From a virus (Duplodnaviria; Heunggongvirae; Uroviricota; Caudoviricetes): a stretch of DNA of 64,000 nt. This document shows positions 19,331-29,176 of the stretch, piece by piece. Under the pieces are notes generated by a model. The model did not search any database, was not told the origin of the DNA, and was given only the letters and a program-made list of their open reading frames with translations. Positions within the stretch are counted from its first letter, which is position 1, and each line of letters begins with the position of its first letter. Location: IMG/VR virus record IMGVR_UViG_3300046522_000748. One strand, written 5' to 3'. Both the position numbers and the translations under genes were made by a program.

Positions 19331-19459
19331 TTACTATACCTTTTTGTTAAATTATACCAATTCAATTGCTTACTTTCCAGTAAATTGGGACTCCAGAAAC
19401 GACACGACCAGCAGTATTTCAGCTGCTGGTCGATTGTTGTCTCACTATGACGCTGTGAT

Positions 19460-19777
19460 TTAGAACGGTATGGCTGGCATACCTGACAAATCAATGGAGG
19501 ACAGATCCAGCTTTACATTATAGGGGCCGAAGTGCTCCCCTTCCTTATGATTGACATGATGAAGGGTTTTCGCATTGAATTGAACGTCGTACCCTGTTTT
19601 CGTCAACTCATTGAAGACGTGGCCTTGATACACCGATTTCTTTTTTTCCATGTCATCGACACGTCGTGAAATATGCACCAAGACGCCAAGTGGAAACATA
19701 AAACTATGCCCAGTCAATTTTGAGCATTGATTAATAGAGTGCGTTTGAATCGGCTGTTGCTTTTCTTTCGACATCAT
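19460..19777 (-). CDS. Hypothetical protein
   Basis: 105-aa ORF. Confidence 0.5.
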   Translation of the reverse strand: MMSKEKQQPIQTHSINQCSKLTGHSFMFPLGVLVHISRRVDDMEKKKSVYQGHVFNELTKTGYDVQFNAKTLHHVNHKEGEHFGPYNVKLDLSSIDLSGMPAIPF

Positions 19778-19809
19778 AACTCCGTATTTCTGCTCTGATT
19801 ATGAGTGAC

Positions 19810-20592
19810 TTAGGCAGCCAGCTCTTCGAATGTGTACAGGTGAACAACACCCGTTTTGCAGATCCCGTGATCGATCAGGCGATTATTGCCGATCTTGATC
19901 GCGCCCTTCTCTTCTACGAACACTATGTTGTGCCCGCAGATCACCAATGGTGCCCCTTCAGTTCCTAGATCATCAAGATTGGCCTCGGGGCCTCGGGCCT
20001 TACGAGTGCTGACCTTGGTTCGGCCCCATACCGCAGAGTCGAGCATGTGATGGGTTTCATCGTCCAGGCTGTAAACGAAGTCATCTGGCAGCGTTTCAAG
20101 CTGATCGCGCAATTCACTCCACGTGTAGTCCGGGTCTACCTCAGCATGTATCAAACCGGCGAGCATGTTGCCCTGCTCATCTTGATATTCAATGGCCAGC
20201 GGCATATGGGCAAAGGTTTCTACGATGCGCTTCAGCTCGTGATCAGTTTGACCCAACAGCCAAGTCCCGCCATTACTCACGCAGGTTCTTGCATCTGCTG
20301 ACTTGTTGATCTTGGCGTCATCGCCAGACAGCAGAAGCTCAGCCGTTTTGAACACAAAAGCACAGTGGTTACCCTGAAGGCTTATAAACCAGCTCTCTTC
20401 AAGGAAATCTGCCGCCCGGTGACTTTCTGGGCCGCGATCTGTCAGGTCACCCAGGCAAATCAGACGATCTGTCTTTTTGTTAAAACCTGCGGCTTCCAGC
20501 GCTTTTTCAACGAGCGTAAAGCAACCATGGATGTCGCCAATAAAGTAGTCGATGCCAAATAGATTGCGTTTCAGATAGAGGATTTTGCTCAT
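19810..20592 (-). CDS. Metallophosphoesterase (PphA/lambda NinI-like Ser/Thr phosphatase)
   Basis: GDIHG, GDLTDRGPES, QGNH, HAE, CGH motifs. Confidence 0.9.
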   Translation of the reverse strand: MSKILYLKRNLFGIDYFIGDIHGCFTLVEKALEAAGFNKKTDRLICLGDLTDRGPESHRAADFLEESWFISLQGNHCAFVFKTAELLLSGDDAKINKSADARTCVSNGGTWLLGQTDHELKRIVETFAHMPLAIEYQDEQGNMLAGLIHAEVDPDYTWSELRDQLETLPDDFVYSLDDETHHMLDSAVWGRTKVSTRKARGPEANLDDLGTEGAPLVICGHNIVFVEEKGAIKIGNNRLIDHGICKTGVVHLYTFEELAA

Positions 20593-20615
20593 AACTAACC
20601 TTTTGATTTTGACTT

Positions 20616-20653
20616 ATTATACCAGTCAATCAACTGGTGTCAATGCCATTGGC
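20616..20653 (-). promoter_or_regulatory. sigma70 promoter + operator (1 mismatch)
   Basis: TTGACA-N16-TATAAT; gtcaatgccattggc. Confidence 0.8.
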
Positions 20654-20664
20654 AGTCTTAGGCC

Positions 20665-20940
20665 TTAGTAAAACCTGTAGGTGATGTAATACTGACCGTC
20701 ATACAAAACCATGTCGATAATTTCTATGGAGCTGAACTTGTCCGATCCCTCTACAGATTTCATCAGCGCTTCTTTGAGTTTGTAAAATTTCTTTCCGCCA
20801 TCTTCAGAGCACCATTCTCGCACCACATGACAGGTGTACATGTGAACGTCTTGGTCGGATCGACCTATCTGCATTGAAATGGCTGCTACAGTCTGAGTGG
20901 AGATAATCAGGCCTGCCAGTAAACTCAGTAAATATTTCAT
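20665..20940 (-). CDS. Secreted hypothetical protein
   Basis: Signal peptide. Confidence 0.6.
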   Translation of the reverse strand: MKYLLSLLAGLIISTQTVAAISMQIGRSDQDVHMYTCHVVREWCSEDGGKKFYKLKEALMKSVEGSDKFSSIEIIDMVLYDGQYYITYRFY

Positions 20941-20950
20941 GAAAATCCCT

Positions 20951-21232
20951 TTAATATGGTGGTTTATAGGTGGTGATTCGAATCAGCTCATTAAAGTACC
21001 CGTAGGTGTAAGCCCCTAGACCGATGGCAAGCATCAAAAGTGGGCTGACTTCTTTAATCCAGCTCAGCGTTACAACGGTGCTTGCTGGTATCAGAAAAAG
21101 CACCAACAATGCCGCCATGGAGAGCTTCGAGAGTCCAGTTGGTTGCGCTGACGAAGGCATCAGCGCTGTTTTTTTCCAGCTGCCAAGGACAGCGCAGATC
21201 AAAATTAGGGAGACAATCAGGGCGGTTTGCAT
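20951..21232 (-). CDS. Small membrane protein
   Basis: Three hydrophobic segments. Confidence 0.6.
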   Translation of the reverse strand: MQTALIVSLILICAVLGSWKKTALMPSSAQPTGLSKLSMAALLVLFLIPASTVVTLSWIKEVSPLLMLAIGLGAYTYGYFNELIRITTYKPPY

Positions 21233-21243
21233 TAAGGCGTCCT

Positions 21244-22113
21244 TTAGCGAGGATTAACGACTTTACGCATGGATTGCTCCGCGTCGGAAAGAGACTTCAT
21301 CAAGCCACTCAACTTCTTTCGCTCCGATGATGGTTTGCCGTCACCACCCGGAATATCGTAACGGGTATCAAGCTGCACATAGGCCTTCAAGAAGGCGGCA
21401 TACAGATTGACCAACGCTTCAATGGGATTTCCTTGCTCATCATAAACATCGGGGTATTCCGATCTATCGTTGATAATTTTGTGGAACTCCACCGCCCAGG
21501 AGTCCATCTGACCGACCAAGCTAAAGGCCGTTCTGAAGCTGATTGGGTTGCCATCAAACGTAGGCTGCTTATCTGTCAGGCAATAGGCCAACACCGTTTG
21601 GGGATCGCCCTTCAGATTCCAGTCGATGTCTGTGGCGAGCTGATTCTGTCGAAGAGTGCCGTTGCACAAGTACACATCAACGTAATCGTGATCTGCTGGT
21701 ATCTGACCAACGTAGCCGGGAGCCATTGTCCAATCTGAGCGAGTTGGATCTGCCGATTCGTAACCCAGGCCTTTAATAGCATCGCAGGTCGCTTCGTCGA
21801 ACGTATCACCGGAGCGATAAGGGAGCGATGTAAACAGCTTCATCAATTTCTGGAGTTGCTTACGTTCTTCCAGCAGCTCATTTTGGGTCTGATTGAGCTT
21901 TGTGGTCAGGACATTGTAAATGCCTTGATCGCTGAGGGATGCTTCCGCGTCATCGTAGAACCCGTTTTCGTTACAGGCTGGGCAATAAACATCCCCTTCA
22001 GCGTCTCTGCTGCACTCCTCAGAGCTGCCAAACCAGCCGCACGAACAAGCTGCGAGATAATGGTCGCCAGTAATAACTTTGAAGCGGTTCGGGTACACGT
22101 GATTTTCGTTCAT
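21244..22113 (-). CDS. Hypothetical protein with N-terminal Zn ribbon
   Basis: CSCGW...CPAC. Confidence 0.7.
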   Translation of the reverse strand: MNENHVYPNRFKVITGDHYLAACSCGWFGSSEECSRDAEGDVYCPACNENGFYDDAEASLSDQGIYNVLTTKLNQTQNELLEERKQLQKLMKLFTSLPYRSGDTFDEATCDAIKGLGYESADPTRSDWTMAPGYVGQIPADHDYVDVYLCNGTLRQNQLATDIDWNLKGDPQTVLAYCLTDKQPTFDGNPISFRTAFSLVGQMDSWAVEFHKIINDRSEYPDVYDEQGNPIEALVNLYAAFLKAYVQLDTRYDIPGGDGKPSSERKKLSGLMKSLSDAEQSMRKVVNPR

Positions 22114-22182
22114 GAGAAACCTTTAAATTAATCGGAGTGCATTAACAGCCCGGCTACGCCGAATGAGCCCAGCGGTGGGCTG

Positions 22183-22743
22183 TTAGCTGAGAAACCGTAG
22201 CAACTCAGGTAGTTCCTTTTCCATCCACTCGCCTTTGGGCGTCATCAGGTGCTCAATCGACTGAATTTTCAGCTCGTATTCATGGTTGAAGGCCACTTTG
22301 ACCCGACCCTGAGAGTAGATGGTGTAATTGCCGAATGCCTTTTTTGCTTGTTCTGCGCTAAAGGTCGGGCCGAGGACGGTGATCGCAAAGGACATGCCAT
22401 TATCAAAAATGGTGTAAAGCAGCCCTTGATCGGCGTGGCTTGCAGCCAGGATCTCTGCGTCGGTGTCCTTGGCGATGTAGCCTGCGTGTTCTTTTTGCAG
22501 AGAAACACTTTTTCCGTAGGTGCTGAATCTAGCCTTGCGCTCTCTATCCGACCCTATGGACACGAAGCCAGCAGAGATGGCCTCAAACGGGTGATCGAGC
22601 TGGCGCCAAGTTTCTTCATCGAGCACGCTGTACGCTAGGGAGCGCACAGACTGACTGTGGGTTTGCGTAGGATCGACCATGATGAAATGCTCGGTATCAT
22701 CACCTGCGAGCTTGAACATGACGTATTTTGGATTATCAAACAT
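22183..22743 (-). CDS. Hypothetical protein
   Basis: 186 aa behind promoter 22773-22801. Confidence 0.7.
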   Translation of the reverse strand: MFDNPKYVMFKLAGDDTEHFIMVDPTQTHSQSVRSLAYSVLDEETWRQLDHPFEAISAGFVSIGSDRERKARFSTYGKSVSLQKEHAGYIAKDTDAEILAASHADQGLLYTIFDNGMSFAITVLGPTFSAEQAKKAFGNYTIYSQGRVKVAFNHEYELKIQSIEHLMTPKGEWMEKELPELLRFLS

Positions 22744-22772
22744 AGGAAGTCCCGACCATTAATTATCGGCCT

Positions 22773-22801
22773 ATTATATTGATTTCCTCGCTTTTTGTCA
22801 A
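22773..22801 (-). promoter_or_regulatory. sigma70 promoter, palindrome incomplete
   Basis: TTGACA-N17-TATAAT. Confidence 0.75.
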
Positions 22802-22806
22802 TGTCA

Positions 22807-23151
22807 CTATTCAAGTTTGCTGGTGCTGACGACGGTAAAATTGTGAAGGCTTGGGTTTTCCGCCTCCAGTACGCGGTGCAGGTACTCCCAGCTTTCGGCA
22901 GATTTGATTTCAAGGCCCAGACAATGGGTGGTTTCGGCAACACCGCCTTTGTCGCTGGCGCCATACACCCGAGCGAGCGTGTTGGGATTGGCGTCGCCAA
23001 AAATATCCTTGCTTGTGAAAATGAACACGCTGCGCGCCAGATATTCGCCTTCTTTGCAGGCCGGGGTTTTGGTGGTCTGATTCGGTGCCACCGCGAAACA
23101 TTGTGCGGTTGCGGTCATGGCCAGGATCAGTGACAAGGCAAATTTTTTCAT
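22807..23151 (-). CDS. Secreted hypothetical protein
   Basis: Signal peptide, Cys pair. Confidence 0.65.
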   Translation of the reverse strand: MKKFALSLILAMTATAQCFAVAPNQTTKTPACKEGEYLARSVFIFTSKDIFGDANPNTLARVYGASDKGGVAETTHCLGLEIKSAESWEYLHRVLEAENPSLHNFTVVSTSKLE

Positions 23152-23193
23152 GATGTCCTTTGGAGAAAATTGTTGTTCGATTGATTGATGAAG

Positions 23194-23511
23194 TTACGCG
23201 TTTGAGTTGTCATACCGCGAGTACCGATCAAGATCATCTTCAAAGGAGAATGGCATCTTCAAGAAGATCCGAATATTTCGGTCAATCAGCTCGGCCAGCT
23301 CTTGGGCTTGCTGATCGTTTCTGCAACGCGAGTGAACAATCCAGTTCCGATTCAGCATCGAGGGTTCACAGGTCAGTGTTTGACAAGCACTGAACGGATC
23401 GACGATCTTCTCAATGATCTCCTTGGCCTGCTCTGGCGTGAGGCCAGCACGGTAGTAATCTTCCAAGTGCAGCCAGATATTGATCGAGGTGAAGTATCTC
23501 AGGGTGCTCAT
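23194..23511 (-). CDS. Hypothetical protein
   Basis: Coupled to upstream gene. Confidence 0.6.
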   Translation of the reverse strand: MSTLRYFTSINIWLHLEDYYRAGLTPEQAKEIIEKIVDPFSACQTLTCEPSMLNRNWIVHSRCRNDQQAQELAELIDRNIRIFLKMPFSFEDDLDRYSRYDNSNA

Positions 23512-23804
23512 CAGTGGCGCTTCCTGGTGATTTCAGTGATTTCGTAGTGAATAACTTCCGGGTTTTCTTCTTCGGCCACGAAAATATGTTCATCATTTTC
23601 GGTTGGGAAAACCGTGATCCAGTGTCCAGCAGTGGAATTAAGTTGCTTCAAGCCCAGTGCTTCGGACATTCCTTTGGCGATCTCGAATGCACGACTGTGA
23701 TCATCCAGGCCCGAACGGAAAACAATTTCTGTTTCCACGTGCTCGACTCCGGCGTTATCTTCTCGCATTTGCTGGTATACAACTCGATAGCTCATGGGGT
23801 GCAT
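23511..23804 (-). CDS. Hypothetical protein
   Basis: Behind promoter 23844-23882. Confidence 0.6.
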   Translation of the reverse strand: MHPMSYRVVYQQMREDNAGVEHVETEIVFRSGLDDHSRAFEIAKGMSEALGLKQLNSTAGHWITVFPTENDEHIFVAEEENPEVIHYEITEITRKRH

Positions 23805-23843
23805 TGCTCCGTAGTAATGCAGTCAGGCCTATAATATGCGAGC

Positions 23844-23882
23844 AGTATACCTAGAACTAGATCGGATGTCAATGCTATTGAC
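23844..23882 (-). promoter_or_regulatory. sigma70 promoter + operator
   Basis: TTGACA-N17-TATACT; gtcaatgctattgac. Confidence 0.85.
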
Positions 23883-23891
23883 TTCAGAGCG

Positions 23892-24392
23892 TTATTCGAT
23901 GGGCAGTCGTCTTTGGCAGTGTGCGCAGGGTTGGTTCGCTTGTTCGTCCATGATCTGAAGCTGATCAATGGTCGAGCACTGCGCCATCCACAAAGGTGTC
24001 AGAACGCGATTGGGGAGGCTGTCTTGCCACTTTTTAATGGTCTTTACGGGGATGACCAGGGGCATCGGGCGCTTGTGCCCGCCTACCGCCTTGCCGTATT
24101 GGCAGCCATGGAAATCCCAGTTTTTGTTGATCCTTACCGTGGGCACAAAGATCGCCTCGCGGCTGGCATAAAGGCTTTTGCCATCCTTGTTGACGTGATC
24201 ATGAAGAGTCAGTGAGAGCATGCCGCTGTTTCTGAAATACTTGACGGGATGATAGCGCTCGTACCAATTTTGAAAATCGTCTTTCTCAAGGCTTTTCATC
24301 AGATCCAGATAGTCCACAATCCCCACGCACTCCATCCAGAATGTGCCATAGGTACTGTCGTTGTGTTCGGTATGAATGATTGGAGGGAGCAT
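23892..24392 (-). CDS. Hypothetical protein
   Basis: 166-aa ORF. Confidence 0.65.
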   Translation of the reverse strand: MLPPIIHTEHNDSTYGTFWMECVGIVDYLDLMKSLEKDDFQNWYERYHPVKYFRNSGMLSLTLHDHVNKDGKSLYASREAIFVPTVRINKNWDFHGCQYGKAVGGHKRPMPLVIPVKTIKKWQDSLPNRVLTPLWMAQCSTIDQLQIMDEQANQPCAHCQRRLPIE

Positions 24393-24397
24393 GGGTA

Positions 24398-24856
24398 TCA
24401 GGAGCCCTTAATGGCGTCTTTGAGACGTTGTAGCATCGATTTCACGGCTGGCTTGGGTGGCTCCAGGTGCGAGAGGTCATGGCTGAGCAGGTATTGCTGC
24501 CAGAGCTTTTCGAACACAAGTTTTGCGAGCGCGTAATGGTCTTTCTCTACCATGACACACTGACCATTTTTCGACCCGGTGTACCCAGCGGCTTCTGGTA
24601 GGAAGGCCAAGCTGGCCGCATTCAGCGCCCCAGCCCGCTCCCGTCCTAGTTTATTGTAACGACCCAGCCAAACCATGCGTAGGTTGTATACCATCCTTTC
24701 TTCGGCGAGCTGTTTGGCCTTCTCCAGCGTCATGGTTTGAGGCGAGCCTACTTTCCAGACGTTGAGATCTGAAGTTAGCTCAGCAAGAAACTGATCTTGG
24801 GTCATGGCAGGCGTCCGATTAGCGGGTGGCGGAGGTGGCTTCAGATTCGTCTTCAT
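24398..24856 (-). CDS. Hypothetical protein
   Basis: 152-aa ORF. Confidence 0.6.
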   Translation of the reverse strand: MKTNLKPPPPPANRTPAMTQDQFLAELTSDLNVWKVGSPQTMTLEKAKQLAEERMVYNLRMVWLGRYNKLGRERAGALNAASLAFLPEAAGYTGSKNGQCVMVEKDHYALAKLVFEKLWQQYLLSHDLSHLEPPKPAVKSMLQRLKDAIKGS

Positions 24857-25097
24857 CCACTTCTGCTTGCAGCTCGTAGTGAATGGCTGTAAAGCCTTGG
24901 AAGCCGTTCAGTCGATCATGCACCAGAATAACGTGCATGGCGCCAAATTCGGCGCAGTCAGCCGCAAACCTCATGTCATCCACATAGTCTGGGCGCGTGA
25001 TTTTAACCCCGCCTTTCAGGTCGCAGCGATCTGCGCTGAAGTGCGTGCCGTTGTGGCTGGTGTGGCTGTATGGCTTTTCATTAATCCACTGGGTCAT
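24819..25097 (-). CDS. Hypothetical protein (start MTQWINEK)
   Basis: Follows stop at 25102. Confidence 0.55.
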   Translation of the reverse strand: MTQWINEKPYSHTSHNGTHFSADRCDLKGGVKITRPDYVDDMRFAADCAEFGAMHVILVHDRLNGFQGFTAIHYELQAEVDEDESEATSATR

Positions 25098-25101
25098 GAC
25101 T

Positions 25102-25314
25102 TTAGATCCTGAAGGCGGTAGGAAAGGAGGCAGACAATCCGAGGGCGGTGGCCATGAGCATACGCGCTTGCTTGCGCTTGGCACGATCTTCCGGTGTCAT
25201 GGCGGCTTCACGTTCGCGCTGACGTTGTTCATAAGCAGCGCGCAATTGCTCCTTTTTCTCGACGCCTTGAATAACTCGCTCTTCTCGCGAGCCGCGTGCT
25301 TTGGCTTGTCCCAT
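25102..25314 (-). CDS. Small basic helical protein
   Basis: MGQAKARGSREER...; behind promoter 25344-25382. Confidence 0.65.
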   Translation of the reverse strand: MGQAKARGSREERVIQGVEKKEQLRAAYEQRQREREAAMTPEDRAKRKQARMLMATALGLSASFPTAFRI

Positions 25315-25343
25315 GATGAACCGTTCTCCGTGGTTGTGGGATC

Positions 25344-25382
25344 ACTATAAGGATACTTGCCGCCATTGTCAATACCAATGAC
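25344..25382 (-). promoter_or_regulatory. sigma70 promoter + operator
   Basis: TTGACA-N17-TATAGT; gtcaataccaatgac. Confidence 0.85.
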
Positions 25383-25388
25383 AAGTGA

Positions 25389-25787
25389 TCAAAGCCCGCA
25401 GTCTTTGAAAAAATCCTCTTTGACATTAACGCTGGCGTCCATCTCGCTTTCAGACAGGGCCAGAAGCTTATCAATTATCCTCATCTGTTTTTCCAGATCT
25501 TCTTTGGTCACAATCCCTGAGATCTTCTTGAGAATTTGATCTTCGTACTGGTGTATATGGCTAATGTCGTCAATAGCGGCGTTCCAGTCTCCGTATTGGT
25601 TTTTTGGCGCGATTACAATGCCTTGTGCAAGTTTGCAAAGGTAATAGGCCTGAGAAAGCTCTTGTTTGCTCTCTTCCGAGAGTTCTTCGGAAAGCATTTC
25701 GATTAGGGTTTGTTCATTGATTTTCACGGTCACGGCTTCGTACATCAGCGTGTGCATTCGATGATAATAAACAATTTCTCTGGCCAT
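25389..25787 (-). CDS. Hypothetical protein
   Basis: 132-aa ORF. Confidence 0.6.
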   Translation of the reverse strand: MAREIVYYHRMHTLMYEAVTVKINEQTLIEMLSEELSEESKQELSQAYYLCKLAQGIVIAPKNQYGDWNAAIDDISHIHQYEDQILKKISGIVTKEDLEKQMRIIDKLLALSESEMDASVNVKEDFFKDCGL

Positions 25788-25833
25788 CTCTTTTTCCTGG
25801 AAAGGTGATTAATTTTTTACGGGAGTGGTGTGG

Positions 25834-26412
25834 TTAAAACTGCCACCATTTTCTCTTCAGTAGGTTTGGATTCATAATGCGAATCCGGCTTTCGATATCA
25901 TAGTTTACATCTGATCCATGGAACGTTATCCATTGGTTGTCTGTTAGCCGAATAACCAGATTCTGATCGGAATTCTTGATGCTGACGGATTCTGTTTTGG
26001 CTTCCGCTATCAGCTCTGCCGGTATAATTGTGATCTCTTGAGACGATAATCTATATACAAGAACAAGTTTTTCTTCATAGCATAATAGGACTTTACCGCT
26101 GCGAACACGCTCAGTTGATGGGTCGCTTTGCAAATCCTTAAAAACAAATTCCATTCTCTCGAATTTGCGGTAAAAGTATTCGCAGCCGATATAGGCGGCT
26201 GCCAACATGATGGCCAAAACAGGGCTTGGTGTACATGCTAACAGGGCTATGGCAACCCCTATACACCAACGAAAACGAACAATATTGGGGCGCAGGGATT
26301 GCTCAAGCTCAAAGAAGTACGAATTTTCGATTTTGTGCGTTGTGATGGATCGAGGTGTATTCCCTTTGGGTGCAACGAGACCCAGGCTTTCATTTAAAGA
26401 TGGTTTTGACAT
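25834..26412 (-). CDS. Membrane hypothetical protein
   Basis: Two TM segments then beta-rich domain. Confidence 0.65.
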   Translation of the reverse strand: MSKPSLNESLGLVAPKGNTPRSITTHKIENSYFFELEQSLRPNIVRFRWCIGVAIALLACTPSPVLAIMLAAAYIGCEYFYRKFERMEFVFKDLQSDPSTERVRSGKVLLCYEEKLVLVYRLSSQEITIIPAELIAEAKTESVSIKNSDQNLVIRLTDNQWITFHGSDVNYDIESRIRIMNPNLLKRKWWQF

Positions 26413-26503
26413 TTGTGCTCGCTACGACCGTCGAATTCATAGATGTGACTACCCGGCACATTAAGCTGAGTAGTCACCCGATGTCGGAATTGTTCCTGAG
26501 TTA

Positions 26504-27136
26504 TTATGCTTTCGTTTTTACTACTGAGGCAGGCTTCGGATCTCGATGAGGCGTGATTTCCAACACGCTACCGTCCTTCAATGTGAAGGATGTGGGTTTA
26601 TCCCAAGGGAGACTCGCGACACGAGTAATCGTATAATTGCTGGTGTCCCCTACTCTAACTGCGCAGGTGTCGGTGATTTGCAATGGGTCATCCAATTGCA
26701 CGGTACTTACCGACACAGTAAGTGCGGTGTATAGGCCGTCTTCATCCAAGCTAACTGGGATAAAAAGCATTGATAGGCCTTCAGTGGCTTTGCGTTCAAT
26801 AGTGGTTGTGACTGGAAAAGCAGTGTCTTTAAATTCGCACCCTGGCGACTTAAATTCAGTACTCGTTTCAAATGTCGTCGGGTTCTTCAGATAAGTGTAA
26901 ATGGTGCTTGAAGATACAATTTCTTTACCTTTGAGCACCTTGGTTTGATAGGAAACATTGTCAATTTCAGATTCGAAAATGGGTGCGGCTTCTTTATTGG
27001 CTTGGGGGGCGGCGCTCGCGGTTTGGGCTTTCGGCGGGTGAATAAAGGCTGATACGTCTGCTGCTTGAGCAACGGCAGCAGCTGATGAAATGACGATGGA
27101 CAGCATGGTTGCTAAGATGGTCTTGTACGGCTTCAT
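26504..27136 (-). CDS. Secreted protein, paralogue family C
   Basis: Signal peptide; similar to 27504-28055. Confidence 0.7.
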   Translation of the reverse strand: MKPYKTILATMLSIVISSAAAVAQAADVSAFIHPPKAQTASAAPQANKEAAPIFESEIDNVSYQTKVLKGKEIVSSSTIYTYLKNPTTFETSTEFKSPGCEFKDTAFPVTTTIERKATEGLSMLFIPVSLDEDGLYTALTVSVSTVQLDDPLQITDTCAVRVGDTSNYTITRVASLPWDKPTSFTLKDGSVLEITPHRDPKPASVVKTKA

Positions 27137-27250
27137 TCGAAATCACTCCGGTGGTTTGGTTGATATTATATATGCACAACCACCAGTTTTGGCAAGCTTC
27201 ACATAATTCATTATCAAGCTCTTCCTGATTTCAGGAAGAGCTTGATGGGG

Positions 27251-27523
27251 TCAAACGTGCCAGTCCGGCTGCGTTGGCAGGTAATCAAGTTCAAGCAACT
27301 CTGCGTGTGCCGCAGTTCGGTCGGTTGGATTCTTCTTGTCGATGATGAGCACTGTGTAGGGTTTTTCGGTGCCCTTCTCCAGAATCATGTCATGAACCGA
27401 AAAACGACCAGAACTGTCATCGTCATTTTCAAGGTCATCATCTTTGATTAGGTTCCGCGTCAGGAACAGCGCAGCGGCGAAGGCTTCAGCCTCTTCGCCC
27501 GTTTTAAATTTTACTTTCCGCAT
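27251..27523 (-). CDS. Hypothetical protein
   Basis: 90-aa ORF, AAGGAG RBS. Confidence 0.55.
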   Translation of the reverse strand: MRKVKFKTGEEAEAFAAALFLTRNLIKDDDLENDDDSSGRFSVHDMILEKGTEKPYTVLIIDKKNPTDRTAAHAELLELDYLPTQPDWHV

Positions 27524-28055
27524 GTGTGACTCCTTGAGTGCTAGGTGGCGCTGAATTGGGTGGTGTTTCCCTGGTTACGGTTAGAACCAAGATTTGGTCG
27601 ATGAATTTCACAAATGTGGGCTTGCCTGGAGTCACGTCTAGAACGCCATTGTAAGTCTGTGCTTGCATCGTGCCGTTCACAATTGAGCAATCTGAATTGA
27701 TCTCAGTCACCCCTTTTACATCGAATTTTGATTGAGAGAGATTAACCAATGTTTTGATAGTGTCATCAGTGTCATCAATCACTAGTACCGAAATGGAAAA
27801 ACCCTCGCGCAACGGGTTTTCAATCTCAGTGATGGTGTTCTCCATCTTGATCTTACAAGTACCCCCTTGTTTTCGTTCGTCCCACAATTCACCACTGGCT
27901 ACTTTCTTCTTGGTTGCTCGCAAGGTTCCTTCAGAGGAGGCGCTCTTAATTTTAAAGGTGTATATCGTCTCACCCTCGGCGGCAACTGCCTGGGTTATAT
28001 GGCCAGACACCATGGCGAAGCAAAGACCAATGGAGATAATTAGTTTTTTTAGCAT
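27504..28055 (-). CDS. Secreted protein, paralogue family C (start MLKKLII)
   Basis: Signal peptide; EGFSIS...C...GKPTF. Confidence 0.65.
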   Translation of the reverse strand: MLKKLIISIGLCFAMVSGHITQAVAAEGETIYTFKIKSASSEGTLRATKKKVASGELWDERKQGGTCKIKMENTITEIENPLREGFSISVLVIDDTDDTIKTLVNLSQSKFDVKGVTEINSDCSIVNGTMQAQTYNGVLDVTPGKPTFVKFIDQILVLTVTRETPPNSAPPSTQGVTHAESKI

Positions 28056-28123
28056 GTGTTTAGTCCGAGAGCTGAATGTTGTAGATGAACACGAATGCAA
28101 TCCAGAAAGAGGTGCAGTCATCC

Positions 28124-28525
28124 TCATGTCACTGGGTCTGAACTGAATTTTGAATCTCTGTGCTGGAACCCCAAGTCTTGGAGGGCTTTGCGCAGACCAC
28201 CGATCACCCGATTGGCCCCTTGAATATAAGGGATCACTGTTTCATGTGTGTCGTACCCATCAGGAATGCGATCATCATCAATCGTAAAGCTTTCAGGAAT
28301 TGCCTTGAGCAGTGCTGCCAGTGCTTTTTCTGGCGACACAGCCTCTTCTGATGGCCCTTGAACGATGATTTCAATGTTGCCCATGTCGCTCAGAAAGGAC
28401 AGCAGACTGAGCTTGCTGTGGGCTGACAGAAAGGTTTCCTGTCCGGATTCGTCTACGACTTTTGCCCAGTATTTGTAATCGGACTGTTGGGCGGGTTCGA
28501 TGTAGGCTTTTTTGACTGTTGGCAT
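28124..28525 (-). CDS. Hypothetical protein
   Basis: 133-aa ORF. Confidence 0.65.
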   Translation of the reverse strand: MPTVKKAYIEPAQQSDYKYWAKVVDESGQETFLSAHSKLSLLSFLSDMGNIEIIVQGPSEEAVSPEKALAALLKAIPESFTIDDDRIPDGYDTHETVIPYIQGANRVIGGLRKALQDLGFQHRDSKFSSDPVT

Positions 28526-28557
28526 AGGTCGTCCGAATCAAATTGGGTAATTTCAAC

Positions 28558-28585
28558 ATCATATCGAAAATCGCTATTTTGTCAA
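28558..28585 (-). promoter_or_regulatory. sigma70 promoter, palindrome incomplete
   Basis: TTGACA-N16-TATGAT. Confidence 0.6.
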
Positions 28586-28632
28586 TATTATTTTCGAGTG
28601 CTCTGCGGGAGTTGTTCGAGAGTGGAATGTTA

Positions 28633-28661
28633 TTGACACAAAAATCATTGCTGGAGATAAT
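28633..28661 (+). promoter_or_regulatory. Divergent sigma70 promoter
   Basis: TTGACA-N17-GATAAT. Confidence 0.65.
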
Positions 28662-28670
28662 TAAGCATTA

Positions 28671-29156
28671 ATGCGGCTGTGTGTCCAGCAACCCTCGAAT
28701 CTGAGAATTCCTATGAAATCAGCAACCCCTTCATCCGATATTGCTTCCGGCGAATTGAAAGCCAACATCCGTCACGATATCGATCCTGAATTAGTAAGGT
28801 GTCAGATTGATGAGGCCATTGCTAAATGGGAAAGACTCAAGGTTAGACGCACGGAGGGGGAGACTCAAAACCTTGAGAACTATGAGGCAGCCAGGGCTTC
28901 CAGTAAGGATGGCAAAGCTAAAGGTTGGGTAAAACCTCCAGCAGGGCCGGGCTGGGTTGGTCCGCATTATGATGAATGTATTGAACAAGAGCGAGCCCAT
29001 TATGCGCTCGTTCGTATTATTGAACTGCCTACGAAGGAGAAAAAGCGATTCTTGCTCGTTTACGGCGACATTGATGACTCGATGGTTACTTCCGGCACAG
29101 GCCCTTTCGAAAGCGTCGATGCGGCGGCTAAATGGTTCCTGGAGTCAGGTCGCTGA
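28671..29156 (+). CDS. Hypothetical protein
   Basis: 161 aa; start may be 28713. Confidence 0.6.
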   Translation: MRLCVQQPSNLRIPMKSATPSSDIASGELKANIRHDIDPELVRCQIDEAIAKWERLKVRRTEGETQNLENYEAARASSKDGKAKGWVKPPAGPGWVGPHYDECIEQERAHYALVRIIELPTKEKKRFLLVYGDIDDSMVTSGTGPFESVDAAAKWFLESGR

Positions 29157-29176
29157 TCGTGAAAATCTGGCCATGC

